Assembly (NCBI GenBank): GCA_046292385.1
Contig: JBKBRF010000026.1
Coordinates: 33,023-97,022 of the forward strand
Reading direction: 5' to 3'
DNA length: 64,000 bases
From: Armatimonadota bacterium
GTDB taxonomy: Bacteria; Armatimonadota; SYMT01
The notes under the pieces were generated by a model. The model searched no databases, had not been told where the DNA came from, and saw only the letters and a program-made list of their open reading frames with translations. Each line of letters starts with the position of its first letter. Position 1 is the stretch's first letter. The position numbers and the translations under genes are program-made. This document shows, piece by piece, positions 47,786 through 57,253 of this stretch.

Positions 47786-47957
47786 CCTGCCCCCTCCGCG
47801 GGGCGCCGGCACCGCGCGGAAACGAGGCTTGGAGCGGGCGGAGACGCGGGTAGCTTTGATCGCGTTCCGGCTGCGCCGCCGGGATGGCTCGCTCGCCGTG
47901 CCCGCATGCGGGCACCGTACCCGGCTTTCTGGGCAGGGCCGCGCGAAAGGGGATTGG

Positions 47958-48356
47958 ATGTCAGGTTACGTCATCAACATCGAAGAGAAGTCGCTGGAGA
48001 ACGGCTACTTCCGGGAAGTGCTCTTCACCGCGCCGCACAGTCAGCTCGTGGTGATGGCGCTCCAGCCGGGCGAGGAGATCGGACTGGAGGTGCATGACGG
48101 CATCGACCAGTTCCTCCGGGTGGAGAGCGGCGAGGGGAAGGCGATCCTCAACGGGGAGGAGCACGTCCTGGCGGACGGGTCGGCGGTCGTCGTCCCCGCG
48201 GGGACCGAGCACAACGTCGTCAACACCTCCACCTCCCAGCCCCTGAAGCTCTACACGCTCTACACCCCGCCGGAGCATCCGGACGGCACGGTGCACAAGA
48301 CGCGGGCGGAGGCGATGGAGTACGAGGCGCACCACCACGGCTCGAGCCGGGGCTGA
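47958..48356 (+). CDS. cupin domain protein
   Basis: EIGLEVH..IDQF...VPAGTEHNV, YTPPEH. Confidence 0.9.
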   Translation: MSGYVINIEEKSLENGYFREVLFTAPHSQLVVMALQPGEEIGLEVHDGIDQFLRVESGEGKAILNGEEHVLADGSAVVVPAGTEHNVVNTSTSQPLKLYTLYTPPEHPDGTVHKTRAEAMEYEAHHHGSSRG

Positions 48357-48439
48357 CCGGAGCCGCGGTACGCCTGGTCGGCCGGCCTGGAGGGGGCGGG
48401 GAGGCTCTCGCGAGCATCCCCGCGGGCACGGCCGCTTCG

Positions 48440-50473
48440 CTACCGGATCTTCGCTCCGGCCGGCAGGTCCTGGTCCGGCTGCAGGAGGCTGACGCGGCCG
48501 TCCTCGCTCTCCGCGGCGAGCAGCATCCCCTGGGAAACGAGACCGCGCATCTTCCGCGGCGCGAGGTTGGCGACCATGATCACCTTGCGCCCGACCAGCG
48601 TCTCCGGCTCGTAGTACTCCGCCATCCCAGCCAGGACGGTCCGCTCCTCGTCGCCCAAGCTCACCCGCAGGTGGAGCAGCTTGTCCGCCTTGGGGACCCG
48701 CTCCGCGGAGAGCACCTCCGCCACGCGGAGTTCCACCTTGATGAAGTCTTCGATCCCAATGGTAGCGCTCGCTTCTTCCGCCGCGGCATCGCCGCCAGCG
48801 GGCGGCGCTCCGACCGCGGACGCGGGGGCCGGCGGAAACTGGGTGGTAGTGGTCGGGCACCGGTCCGCGGACGGAGCGGGCTCGACGTTCTTCAGCGCTT
48901 CTTCCATAGCTTTCTTATCGATCCTCGGGAAGATGGGGGAGGGCGCTTCCACGGCCGCTCCCGGTTGTAGATAGCCCCACACCTCCGCCTGCTGCCACGC
49001 GGGGGCGCGCTCCAGCCCAAGCTGGCGCTGCATCTCCTGCGCGACCCGCGGCATGAACGGCGCGAGCCAGGTCGTTACCACGCGCACCCCTTCCAGCGCG
49101 TGGTAGAGAATGCCGCCGACCTCCTCCCGCTTTCCCTCTTTAGCGAGCTTCCACGGGGCGCGGTCGCCCAGGTACCGGTTGATCTCCGCCACGTACTGCC
49201 AGATGGCGATCAGCGCCGCCTGCAGCTCCACTCGCTCCAGCGCGGTCGTGATCCGCGGGTGCAGCTCTCGCGCCAGCTCCGCCAGCCGGGTCTCCGTCTC
49301 GGCCGGCGGCGGCACCACGGGGCCGAAGTTCTGCAGCGTGAGGGAGAGCGAGCGGTTGAGCGCGTTGCCCAGGTCGTTCGCCAGGTCGCCGTTGAAGCGG
49401 CCGCAGAGCGACTGGCGCGTGAAGTTGCCGTCTTCGCCGAACGGCATCTCCCGGAAGAGGAAGTACCGGATCGCGTCGACCGCCACCGGCTTGCTCGCGC
49501 CGGAGAGCTCCGCCAGCCAATCGGACAGCTTGAGCGGCTCGATCATGTTGCCGAGGCTCTTGGAGATCTTCTTCCCCTCGCTCAGCCAGAAGCCGTGCCC
49601 GAAGACGGAGCGCGGCAGCGGCAGCCCGGCGGCCATCAGCATGGCGGGCCAGAGGGTGCAGTGGAACCGCACGTAGATGTCCTTGCCCACCAGGTGCAGA
49701 TCGGCCGGCCACCACTTCTCGAAGGTCTCCCGGTCGTCCGGGTAGCCGATCAGCGTGATGTAGTTGATCAGCGCGTCGAACCAGACGTAGACCACCTGCG
49801 ACGGATCGCCCGGTACCGGGATGCCCCAGCCGGTGGCGCCGCGGCTGATGCAGACGTCGCGCAGCCCCTGCTGGATAAACGAGACCACCTCGTTGCGGCG
49901 GAACTCCGGCTGCAGGAACTCCGGGTGCGCCTCGATGTGCTGGAGCAGCCGGTCCGCGTAGCGGGTGAGCGCGAAGAAGTAGTTCGTCTCCTGCACCAGC
50001 CGCAGCGGCGGGTGCTCCGGGATGTTCGGGCAGCGGCGCTCTCCCTCCGTCTCCGGCGCTTCTTCCGGGCTGAAGTAGGTCTCGCAGGAGATGCAGTACC
50101 AGCCCTCATAGGGGCCCTGGTAGATGTCGCCGCGCTCCTGCAGCGTCTTCACGAAGGTGCTGACCGCGTGCTTGTGCCGCGGCTCCGTGGTGCGGATGAA
50201 GACATCGTGCTCCACGTTCAGCTCGGCCCACGCCTGGCGGAAGCGGCCCGCCATCTCATCCACGAACTCCTGCGGGTCCCGTCCCCGCGCCGCGGCCGCC
50301 TCCGCCACCTTCGGCGCGTTCTCGTCGGTCCCGGTGGCGAAGAGCACCTCTTCGCCCCGCTGCCGGTGGAACCGCGCCAGGATATCGGCGGCCACGGTGG
50401 TGTACGACGTCCCGATGTGCGGGATGTCGTTGACGTAGTAGATCGGCGTGGTCAGGTAGTAGCGCTGCGGCAC
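48440..50473 (-). CDS. metG: methionyl-tRNA synthetase with C-terminal tRNA-binding domain
   Basis: TTPIYY, HIGT, GTDE, YVWFDAL, GKDI, KISKS; OB-fold ANLAPRKMRG. Confidence 0.96.
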   Translation of the reverse strand: MPQRYYLTTPIYYVNDIPHIGTSYTTVAADILARFHRQRGEEVLFATGTDENAPKVAEAAAARGRDPQEFVDEMAGRFRQAWAELNVEHDVFIRTTEPRHKHAVSTFVKTLQERGDIYQGPYEGWYCISCETYFSPEEAPETEGERRCPNIPEHPPLRLVQETNYFFALTRYADRLLQHIEAHPEFLQPEFRRNEVVSFIQQGLRDVCISRGATGWGIPVPGDPSQVVYVWFDALINYITLIGYPDDRETFEKWWPADLHLVGKDIYVRFHCTLWPAMLMAAGLPLPRSVFGHGFWLSEGKKISKSLGNMIEPLKLSDWLAELSGASKPVAVDAIRYFLFREMPFGEDGNFTRQSLCGRFNGDLANDLGNALNRSLSLTLQNFGPVVPPPAETETRLAELARELHPRITTALERVELQAALIAIWQYVAEINRYLGDRAPWKLAKEGKREEVGGILYHALEGVRVVTTWLAPFMPRVAQEMQRQLGLERAPAWQQAEVWGYLQPGAAVEAPSPIFPRIDKKAMEEALKNVEPAPSADRCPTTTTQFPPAPASAVGAPPAGGDAAAEEASATIGIEDFIKVELRVAEVLSAERVPKADKLLHLRVSLGDEERTVLAGMAEYYEPETLVGRKVIMVANLAPRKMRGLVSQGMLLAAESEDGRVSLLQPDQDLPAGAKIR

Positions 50474-50656
50474 CGGAAGCTCCCGCGGACGCACTGGAAT
50501 GAGAAGGACGCCCGCAGGAGTTCGTATACCACAAGACCCGACTCCGGGGACAGCCTTGACCGTCGAGAGACGGAGAGACGGAGAGACGGAGAGACGGAGA
50601 GACGGAGAGACAGAGGGATGGAGGGATGGAGCGAACGCGGGCGGCTCTCTGGGCCA

Positions 50657-50710
50657 CCGGGCGGTTGAAACCGCGGCAACAACAGCACGAAGTCCGCCTC
50701 CGCGGACTGA
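50657..50710. repeat. REP-like element bracketed by inverted 8-mer arrays
   Basis: GGGCGGTTGAAACCGC...AGTCCGCCTCCGCGGACT between (GGAGAGAC)n at about 50565-50630 and (CTCTGTCC)n at about 50845-50880. Confidence 0.75.
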
Positions 50711-50890
50711 GCCCGGCCCCGGGCGTGGCTCGCCCCGGTACGCGGCTGTTTAACAAACCCTCCTCAGCGTCCCTTTGCCGAAGCCGCAGGCGGTCGTTTA
50801 CGGCCCGACGCGAAGACCGGCCACCGCGCTTCGAGTGCAGTTCGCTCTGTCCCTCTGTCCCTCTGTCCCTCTGTCTCTCCGTCAGGCTGT

Positions 50891-51862
50891 TCAGAGCCAT
50901 CGCAGGCGGCGGAGCGCCGCCAGCACCGCGGCGGAGAGGAGCAGGGCGAAGCCGATGACCAGCCAGAAGGTGGTGGGGGAGCCGCGGCCGGGGAGATGCT
51001 CCAGGTTCATCCCGAGGAAGCTGGTGAGAAAGGTGGCGGGGAGCGCCACGGTGGCGAGCACCGCCAGGCCCTTCATCACGTTGTTGGTCCGGTTGGAGAC
51101 CTGGGTCAGGTAACACTGCATCGCGCCGGTCAGCATCTCGCGGGAGACCTGCACCCGCTCGTGGATCCGCTGCAGGTGGTCGTAGACGTCCCGGAAGTAG
51201 GCGAGGTCTTCCGACTCGACCTCCGGAAAGCGGCCGGAGGAGAGCGCGCCGAGGACGTCGAGCTGCGGATGGATCAGCCGCTGGACCGTCAGGAAGCGGC
51301 GCTGGAGCTGGAGCATCCGCTCCAGCAGCTCGGTGCCGCCGTCCTGGAAGAGCTGCTCTTCGATCTGGTCGAGCTCCGCCTCCAGCCGTTCCAGGATCGG
51401 GAAGTAGTGGTCGACCACTGCGTCGACGATGTGGTGCAGCACCGTGTCGACCCCGCCACGTGTCAGAAACCGGGGATCCCGCTGCAGGCGCTCCTGCGTG
51501 GCGCGGATGCTGGAGCTCGGCTTGTTATGGACGGTGACCAGGTGTCCCTTCCAGAGGAAGATCTTGAACTCTACCGTGTCGAGCGCGTCGGCCCCTTCGT
51601 TGTGGTTGATGCCGTGGAGCACCAGGTAGAGGTGCCGCTCGAACTGCTCGATCTTGGGGCGGACCCCGGTGTGGTCACACTCTTCCAGCGCCAGGGGGTG
51701 CAGGCCGAACCGCTCTCCCAGCTCGGAAAGCTGCTCCGCCGTCGGCTCCGGGAGATCGATCCAGAGCTGCTCCGGCGCGTGCTCCAGCCAGCCGGAGAGC
51801 AGCCGGGAGGTGACACGCGCCTCGTGGCGGGTCTTACCTTCGTGAACCGCAGCCGCGTACAT
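50891..51862 (-). CDS. corA: CorA-family Mg/Co transporter
   Basis: WIDL, LHPLALE, RPKIE, FRDVYDH, NNVMK, GMN and two C-terminal TM helices. Confidence 0.92.
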   Translation of the reverse strand: MYAAAVHEGKTRHEARVTSRLLSGWLEHAPEQLWIDLPEPTAEQLSELGERFGLHPLALEECDHTGVRPKIEQFERHLYLVLHGINHNEGADALDTVEFKIFLWKGHLVTVHNKPSSSIRATQERLQRDPRFLTRGGVDTVLHHIVDAVVDHYFPILERLEAELDQIEEQLFQDGGTELLERMLQLQRRFLTVQRLIHPQLDVLGALSSGRFPEVESEDLAYFRDVYDHLQRIHERVQVSREMLTGAMQCYLTQVSNRTNNVMKGLAVLATVALPATFLTSFLGMNLEHLPGRGSPTTFWLVIGFALLLSAAVLAALRRLRWL

Positions 51863-52154
51863 TCAGGGGGTGGTCCTTTCAGGGGCGACGGTACCGCGGA
51901 ATCCCGCCCGGTGGGTGATCTGCAAACAATTGAGGTGATGCAGGCTTATACTCCTCTCGTATTCCTCTTTGTAGCTATCAACGGCCGGTCGGCCGGAGAC
52001 GGTGCGCAGGGCAAGCCGTCGTTTCCCTGACGGTCGGGATGGGAAGACACCGTTTGAGCGCAGTGCCGCCCGGGATCCGGGGCGGCTCGGCCGAGAGCGC
52101 CGGAGGTGGGGGCCGCTCACCGCTCCACTCCCTCCAACACAGAAGGCAGTATCG

Positions 52155-52736
52155 ATGAGTGCATTGGAGATGACCGGAGGCGCGGAAGCCGGCCCGGTCG
52201 ACTGCGGCACGCTGCAGCGCGAGCTGCTGCGCGCCGCCACGGATGGGCGGCTGGAGCTGCTGCCGCCAGACGCCGAGCCGGAGGGCGGTCGCCTGATCGC
52301 CGAGCTGCAGGTCCGGGACACCCAGGGCTACGCCGCCGCGCGTGTGGCGATCGCCCAGGCGGCGGAGCTGGCCGGAATGCCGCCGGAGGGGACGACCGAC
52401 CTCCTCCTGGCGACCGGCGAGGCGATCTCGAACGCGATGAAGTACGGCGGCGGCGCGGAGTGCCTGGTCTTCCTGCGCGAAGGCCGCGTGGTGGTGCGGG
52501 TGCGGGATCGCGGCCCCGGGATTCCCACCCTGGACCTGCCGGCGGCGGTACTGCTGCCCGGCTTCTCCACCGCCATCTCCCTCGGACTCGGCTACGAGAT
52601 GATGCTCAAGCTGGTCGACTGCGTGCGCCTGCGCACCGGGCCGGACGGGACCCTGGTCCAGCTCGAGAAGTGGGTGGGAGAGCCGGAGGCGCCGCCGCGG
52701 GAGCCGGACTACTCCCTGGCCACGGCGGCCGCCTGA
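52155..52736 (+). CDS. anti-sigma-factor-like ATP-binding protein (RsbW/HATPase_c_2)
   Basis: EAISNAMKYG, DRGPGI, SLGLGY, GT motifs. Confidence 0.82.
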   Translation: MSALEMTGGAEAGPVDCGTLQRELLRAATDGRLELLPPDAEPEGGRLIAELQVRDTQGYAAARVAIAQAAELAGMPPEGTTDLLLATGEAISNAMKYGGGAECLVFLREGRVVVRVRDRGPGIPTLDLPAAVLLPGFSTAISLGLGYEMMLKLVDCVRLRTGPDGTLVQLEKWVGEPEAPPREPDYSLATAAA

Positions 52737-52760
52737 GGCAACGCCGACCGGTTTCCACCG

Positions 52761-52796
52761 CGCGCCCCTCCGATTCGGAGGGGCGCGTATTTTTTC
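52761..52796 (+). terminator. intrinsic terminator
   Basis: CGCGCCCCTCCGA-T-TCGGAGGGGCGCG followed by TATTTTTT. Confidence 0.8.
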
Positions 52797-52852
52797 TTGA
52801 CGGGCGAGCAAGGGCTTTGATATTAAATACCCGACTTCTCCGATAGGGTATT
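52797..52852 (+). promoter_or_regulatory. promoter plus palindromic Rrf2-type operator
   Basis: TTGACG ... TATTAA, then AATACCCGACTTCTCCGATAGGGTATT (IscR/CymR-like palindrome). Confidence 0.7.
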
Positions 52853-52868
52853 CGGACTTCACTGCTGA

Positions 52869-53327
52869 ATGCTATCAAGCCGAGCGAAATACGCCACCCG
52901 AGCTCTCCTGGACCTGACGATTCACGGCGGCGATCAGCCGATCCCGATCCACGAAACGGCGGAACGACAGGAGATTCCCCTCAAGTTCCTGGAGCAGGTG
53001 ATGCTCTCGTTGAAGCGGCACGGCTTCGTCCAGAGTCGCAAGGGGCCGGGGGGAGGCTATCTGCTGGCGCGGGCGCCGGAGGAGATCACGTTGGGGTCCG
53101 TGGTGCGGGCGATGGACGGTCCGCTGGCTCCGATGAGCTGCGTGAGCGTCTCCGGCTATATGGAATGCGGGTGTCCGGACCCGGAGACGTGTGGGCTGAG
53201 AGCGGCATGGAAGGAAGCGCGGGACGCCCTGGCGGGTGTTCTGGACGGAACGACCTTCGCCGATATCCAGGCGCGATCGGCGCGCCTGCGGGCGGAGCAC
53301 GGCAGCGTGCTGGATTACGTCATCTGA
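52869..53327 (+). CDS. Rrf2-family transcriptional regulator (CymR/IscR-like)
   Basis: YA.RAL, FLEQ, SRKGPGGGYLLA, Cys cluster C..CGC..C. Confidence 0.93.
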   Translation: MLSSRAKYATRALLDLTIHGGDQPIPIHETAERQEIPLKFLEQVMLSLKRHGFVQSRKGPGGGYLLARAPEEITLGSVVRAMDGPLAPMSCVSVSGYMECGCPDPETCGLRAAWKEARDALAGVLDGTTFADIQARSARLRAEHGSVLDYVI

Positions 53328-53338
53328 AGGGCAACGTG

Positions 53339-53509
53339 ATGGACAAGAAGACAGCACCGCGGCCGGAGCGGCCGTCCGCGGAGCCCGAGATTCCCCTGGA
53401 GCGCATCCAGGAAGCGGTCCGCAGCGTCCGCTTCGGGGTGGTGCAGGTGATCATTCAGGATGGGCGCGTGGTTCAGATCGAGCGGACGGAGAAGATCCGC
53501 CTCACCTGA
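53339..53509 (+). CDS. DUF2292 / YezD / OscA-like small protein
   Basis: VRFGVVQVIIQDGRVVQIERTEKIRL signature; sulfur-operon context. Confidence 0.88.
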   Translation: MDKKTAPRPERPSAEPEIPLERIQEAVRSVRFGVVQVIIQDGRVVQIERTEKIRLT

Positions 53510-53559
53510 CCCCTCTCGGGAGTCCCGGTGCTCCGGGTGACCTCCCCAATCTCATAGCG

Positions 53560-53623
53560 GGCTGACCAGACGACTGGAGGCCGGGACTCTCTCGCAGCGG
53601 GCGGGGAGACCCGGCCTTTTCTG
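53560..53623 (+). promoter_or_regulatory. conserved 23-nt RNA hairpin overlapping a terminator, copy 1
   Basis: GGCTGACCAGACGACTGGAGGCC, then AGGCCGGG...CCCGGCCT-TTTCTG. Confidence 0.75.
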
Positions 53624-53673
53624 TCTGGGGCGGTCCCGGAAAGCGGCGCAGACCGCGGCGAAGGGAGTGGAAG

Positions 53674-54723
53674 TTGACACGAGCGAGAGGATGGACGCAG
53701 TTTGCCTGGCCCGCGGCGGCCCTGGGGCTGCTGATCGGCGGGGCGCTGGTGTTTGGACGGATTGAGCCGGAGGTGACCGGCAAGCGAGTCCGCGTGGCGT
53801 TCTTCCCGAACGTGACCCACGCGCCGGCCCTGGCGGCCTCCGCGCGCGGCGAGCTGGACCGGGCGCTGCCCGCGGGCACGTCGCTCGACGTGAAGGTCTT
53901 CAACGCCGGGCCGGAGGCGATGGAGGCGCTCCTGGCGGGGGAGATCGACGTGAGCTACGTCGGGCCGAGCCCGGCGATCAACACCTACCTGAAGTCCGGC
54001 GGCCGGGCACTGCGCGTCCTCGCCGGGGCGTGCAGCGGCGGGGCCGCGCTGGTGGCCCGCGCCGAGGTCCCGATCGCCGCGGTGAAGGATCTCGACGGCA
54101 AGCGGGTGGCGGTGCCGCAGCTGGGTGGGACGCAGGATGTCTCCCTCCGTCACTTCCTGGCGCGGGAGGGGCTGAAGCCCTGGGAGAAGGGCGGCTCGGT
54201 GGAGATCGTCACCGCCAAGAACCCGGATATCCTGGCGCTGATCCAGCGGAAGCAGGTCGACGCGGCCTGGGTCCCGGAGCCGTGGGCGAGCCGACTGGTC
54301 CACGACGCCGGCGCAACGGTGGCGGTGGACGAGCGGTCGCTCTGGGAAGGCGGGCGGTTCACCACCACCGTGCTGGTGGCGCGGACGAAGTTTCTGGAAG
54401 AGCAGCCGGAGACGGTTCAGGCGATCCTTCGCGCCCACCTGCAGAGCATCGACTGGCTCAAGGCGCAGCCGGAGGCAGGCAAGAAGCTGGTCAACGCCGA
54501 GCTGAAGCGGTTGACCGGCAAGGAGCTCTCGGAGCAGGTGCTCGACGAGGCGTGGGCCCGCGTGGAGTTCACTTCGGACCCGCACCAGGCCAGCATCGAG
54601 ACGTTTGCCGACGCGGCGGTGCAGGCCGGCTACCTCCCGCGCGGGAGCAGCGCCCTCGCCGGGTTGTTCCACCTGGAGCCGCTGCAGAACGCCCTCCAAC
54701 GCGTGGCCGTCCGGCCGAACTAG
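53674..54723 (+). CDS. sulfonate/nitrate-type ABC substrate-binding protein (SsuA-like)
   Basis: FFPNVTHAPA, FNAGP, YVGPSP, PQLGGTQD, WVPEPW motifs. Confidence 0.9.
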   Translation: MTRARGWTQFAWPAAALGLLIGGALVFGRIEPEVTGKRVRVAFFPNVTHAPALAASARGELDRALPAGTSLDVKVFNAGPEAMEALLAGEIDVSYVGPSPAINTYLKSGGRALRVLAGACSGGAALVARAEVPIAAVKDLDGKRVAVPQLGGTQDVSLRHFLAREGLKPWEKGGSVEIVTAKNPDILALIQRKQVDAAWVPEPWASRLVHDAGATVAVDERSLWEGGRFTTTVLVARTKFLEEQPETVQAILRAHLQSIDWLKAQPEAGKKLVNAELKRLTGKELSEQVLDEAWARVEFTSDPHQASIETFADAAVQAGYLPRGSSALAGLFHLEPLQNALQRVAVRPN

Positions 54724-54734
54724 GGAGCCTCACT

Positions 54735-55589
54735 ATGGCAAAGCTATCGATCCGAAATGTCTCCAAGCGGTTCCAGGGCCGCAGCGGCGAGGTCCACGCG
54801 CTGGAGAACGTCTCCCTCGACGTTCAGGACGGGGAGCTGCTGGTGCTGGTGGGCCCCTCCGGCTGCGGAAAGTCGACCCTCCTCAACCTGATCGCGGGGC
54901 TGGACCGCGCGGATGCCGGCGAGCTGCTGGAGGACGGGCGGAAGATCACAGGACCGGGCCGGGACCGCAGCGTGGTGTTCCAGGACGGGGCGCTCTTCCC
55001 CTGGCTGACGGCGCGGGGAAACGTGGAGTTCGGGCTGAAGCAGATGGGCCTGCCCCGGCGGGAGCGGACCGAGCGGGCGGACCACTTCCTGCGGATGGTC
55101 CACCTGGGCAACTTTCGGGACAGCTACCCGCACGAGCTCTCCGGGGGCATGCGGCAGCGGGTGGCGATTGCCCGGGCGCTGGCGCTGGAGCCGGAGGTGC
55201 TGCTGATGGACGAGCCGTTCTCCGCGCTCGACGCCCAGACGCGCGAGGACCTCTACGGGCAGCTCGTGGAGATCTGGGAGGAGACGGGGAAGACGATCGT
55301 CTTCGTGACACACAACGTCCGGGAAGCGGTCTGTCTGGCGAACCGGGTGGTGCTCTTCTCCGCCCACCCGGGGCGGGTGGCGGCGGAGTTCCCCGTCTAC
55401 CTGGACCGCCCCCGGTTCCCGGACGACTCGGACGTGGCGCGGCTGGCGCAGGAGATCTCTCACGCCCTCCGGGGCGACCGGAAGCGCGACCCGAAGCGGG
55501 CGCGCAGGAGTGAAATCGATGCAGAGTGGGATCTGGCGGCGGGTGATCTTCTTCCTGCTGCTCCTGGGAGCGTGGGAGACCGTTTGTAG
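54735..55589 (+). CDS. ABC ATP-binding protein (SsuB/TauB-like)
   Basis: GPSGCGKS, LFPWLT, LSGGM, MDEPF, VTH motifs. Confidence 0.93.
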   Translation: MAKLSIRNVSKRFQGRSGEVHALENVSLDVQDGELLVLVGPSGCGKSTLLNLIAGLDRADAGELLEDGRKITGPGRDRSVVFQDGALFPWLTARGNVEFGLKQMGLPRRERTERADHFLRMVHLGNFRDSYPHELSGGMRQRVAIARALALEPEVLLMDEPFSALDAQTREDLYGQLVEIWEETGKTIVFVTHNVREAVCLANRVVLFSAHPGRVAAEFPVYLDRPRFPDDSDVARLAQEISHALRGDRKRDPKRARRSEIDAEWDLAAGDLLPAAPGSVGDRL

Positions 55590-56283
55590 GCTCGGTGTCT
55601 GGGAAGCGACGCTCTTCCCGTCGCCGCTCCAGGTGCTGCAGTCGCTCTGGCGGACGATCGAGGACCGCTCGCTGCTGCTCGCCACCGGGGTGAGCCTGCG
55701 GCGGATCCTGATCGGCTACGGCCTCTCCCTGGTACTGGGAGTGACGCTGGGCGTGCTGCTGGCGCGCTTCCGGTGGCTGGACGAGACGGTCGGCTCGCTG
55801 GTGATGGGGCTGCAGACGCTGCCGAGCATCTGCTGGCTGCCGCTGGCGCTGCTCTGGTTCGGGCTCAACGACCGGGCGATCCTGTTCGTGATCGTGATGG
55901 GCTCGCTCCTGGCGGTCACCGTGGCGGTGCAGGACGGGGTGCGCAACCTGCCGCCGGTCTACTTCCGGGCGGCGCAGACAATGGGCACGCGGCCGCTGGC
56001 GCTCTACACGCAGGTGTTGATCCCGGCCTCGCTGCCCGCGATCCTCACCGGCGCGAAGCTGGGCTGGTCGTTCGCCTGGAGATCGCTGATGGCCGGCGAG
56101 CTGCTCTTCGTGAGCATGGGGCTCGGCCACCTGCTGATGATGGGCCGCGAGCTGGCGGACATGAGCCAGGTGATGGCCGTGATGCTGGTGATCGTGGCGC
56201 TCGGGCTCCTGACTGACCGCGCCATTTTCGGAGCGCTGGAGCAGCGCGTCCGGGAGCAGTGGGGGCTCTCCCACTCCGGATAG
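55519..56283 (+). CDS. ABC permease (SsuC/TauC-like)
   Basis: [28 protein letters not shown] motifs. Confidence 0.92.
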   Translation: MQSGIWRRVIFFLLLLGAWETVCRLGVWEATLFPSPLQVLQSLWRTIEDRSLLLATGVSLRRILIGYGLSLVLGVTLGVLLARFRWLDETVGSLVMGLQTLPSICWLPLALLWFGLNDRAILFVIVMGSLLAVTVAVQDGVRNLPPVYFRAAQTMGTRPLALYTQVLIPASLPAILTGAKLGWSFAWRSLMAGELLFVSMGLGHLLMMGRELADMSQVMAVMLVIVALGLLTDRAIFGALEQRVREQWGLSHSG

Positions 56284-56298
56284 GACCGTTTACAAGCT

Positions 56299-56363
56299 GG
56301 CTGACTCGACGACGAGAGGCCCTGCCCCGAAGGCATTCGGGACGGGGCCTCTCCCGTTTTCTG
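56299..56363 (+). promoter_or_regulatory. conserved 23-nt RNA hairpin overlapping a terminator, copy 2
   Basis: GGCTGACTCGACGACGAGAGGCC, then GAGAGGCCC...GGGCCTCTC-CCGTTTTCTG. Confidence 0.75.
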
Positions 56364-56386
56364 TGCTGAAGAAAGGAACCGTGACC

Positions 56387-57139
56387 GTGATTTACCGACG
56401 TCTCCGCAGCCGGGGTTTCACCCTGATCGAGCTGCTGGTGGTGATTGCCATCATCGCCATCCTCGCCGCAATTCTCTTCCCCGTCTTCGCCCAGGCCCGG
56501 GAGAAGGCGCGGGCGACCCAATGCCTCTCCAACGTGCGGCAGCTCGGGAGCGCCTACATGATGTACCTGCAGGACTTCGACGAGACGTTTCCGCCGCACG
56601 TGACGGAGCGCACCGCGCCGCCCGGAACGCCGGACACGCTGGAGGGCCGCGCGCCGTTCACCTACAAGACCAAGCTGCAGCCGTACGTGAAGAACGCGGA
56701 GGTCTTCCGGTGCCCTTCCGCCCCGAAGTGGCCCGACGCCGCCCCGGGGCGCTGGTACACCACCGACTACGGGAACAACCACAACGAGGCGAACCTGGCC
56801 TCGGCGAGCCAGCGGGCGTGGTACCAGGCGAACCCGGACTTCGGCTTCAACGAGACGACCACCCTGGCGACGCTGGCCGCTCCGGCGCAGTTCATCCTGC
56901 TGGGTGACGCGGGCCGCGCGAGCGGGCTCCCCTCCCGGGGCGGCATGTATCCGCAGCCGTGGGTCTTCAACGATGCCGCCCTGCCGGACGGCCAGCAGCA
57001 GGCCCGCTTCCTGCCGCGTCACCTGGGCGGCGGGCACATCGCCTACGCCGACGGCCACGTGAAGTGGACCCGGCCGGAGAAGACGTTCCGCACGCTGCTC
57101 GACAACGACTGGCGCCGGAACCCTTCCCCGGGTCTGTAG
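56387..57139 (+). CDS. DUF1559 prepilin-type N-cleavage/methylation protein
   Basis: [33 protein letters not shown]...C.SN; C-terminal H-X9-DG. Confidence 0.92.
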   Translation: MIYRRLRSRGFTLIELLVVIAIIAILAAILFPVFAQAREKARATQCLSNVRQLGSAYMMYLQDFDETFPPHVTERTAPPGTPDTLEGRAPFTYKTKLQPYVKNAEVFRCPSAPKWPDAAPGRWYTTDYGNNHNEANLASASQRAWYQANPDFGFNETTTLATLAAPAQFILLGDAGRASGLPSRGGMYPQPWVFNDAALPDGQQQARFLPRHLGGGHIAYADGHVKWTRPEKTFRTLLDNDWRRNPSPGL

Positions 57140-57253
57140 CCGGTTAGCCGGCCAGACAGGTTTCGGGTTGACAGGTTTCAGGTTGGCAAGTTGGCAGGTT
57201 GGGAACCCCACCCCGCGTGAGCACGGGGTTCCCAACCTGGAACCTGAAACCTG

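Noticed and set aside
50420..50435. MetRS HIGT instead of HIGH
   Set aside because: Class I synthetases tolerate variation at this position and all other motifs are intact.
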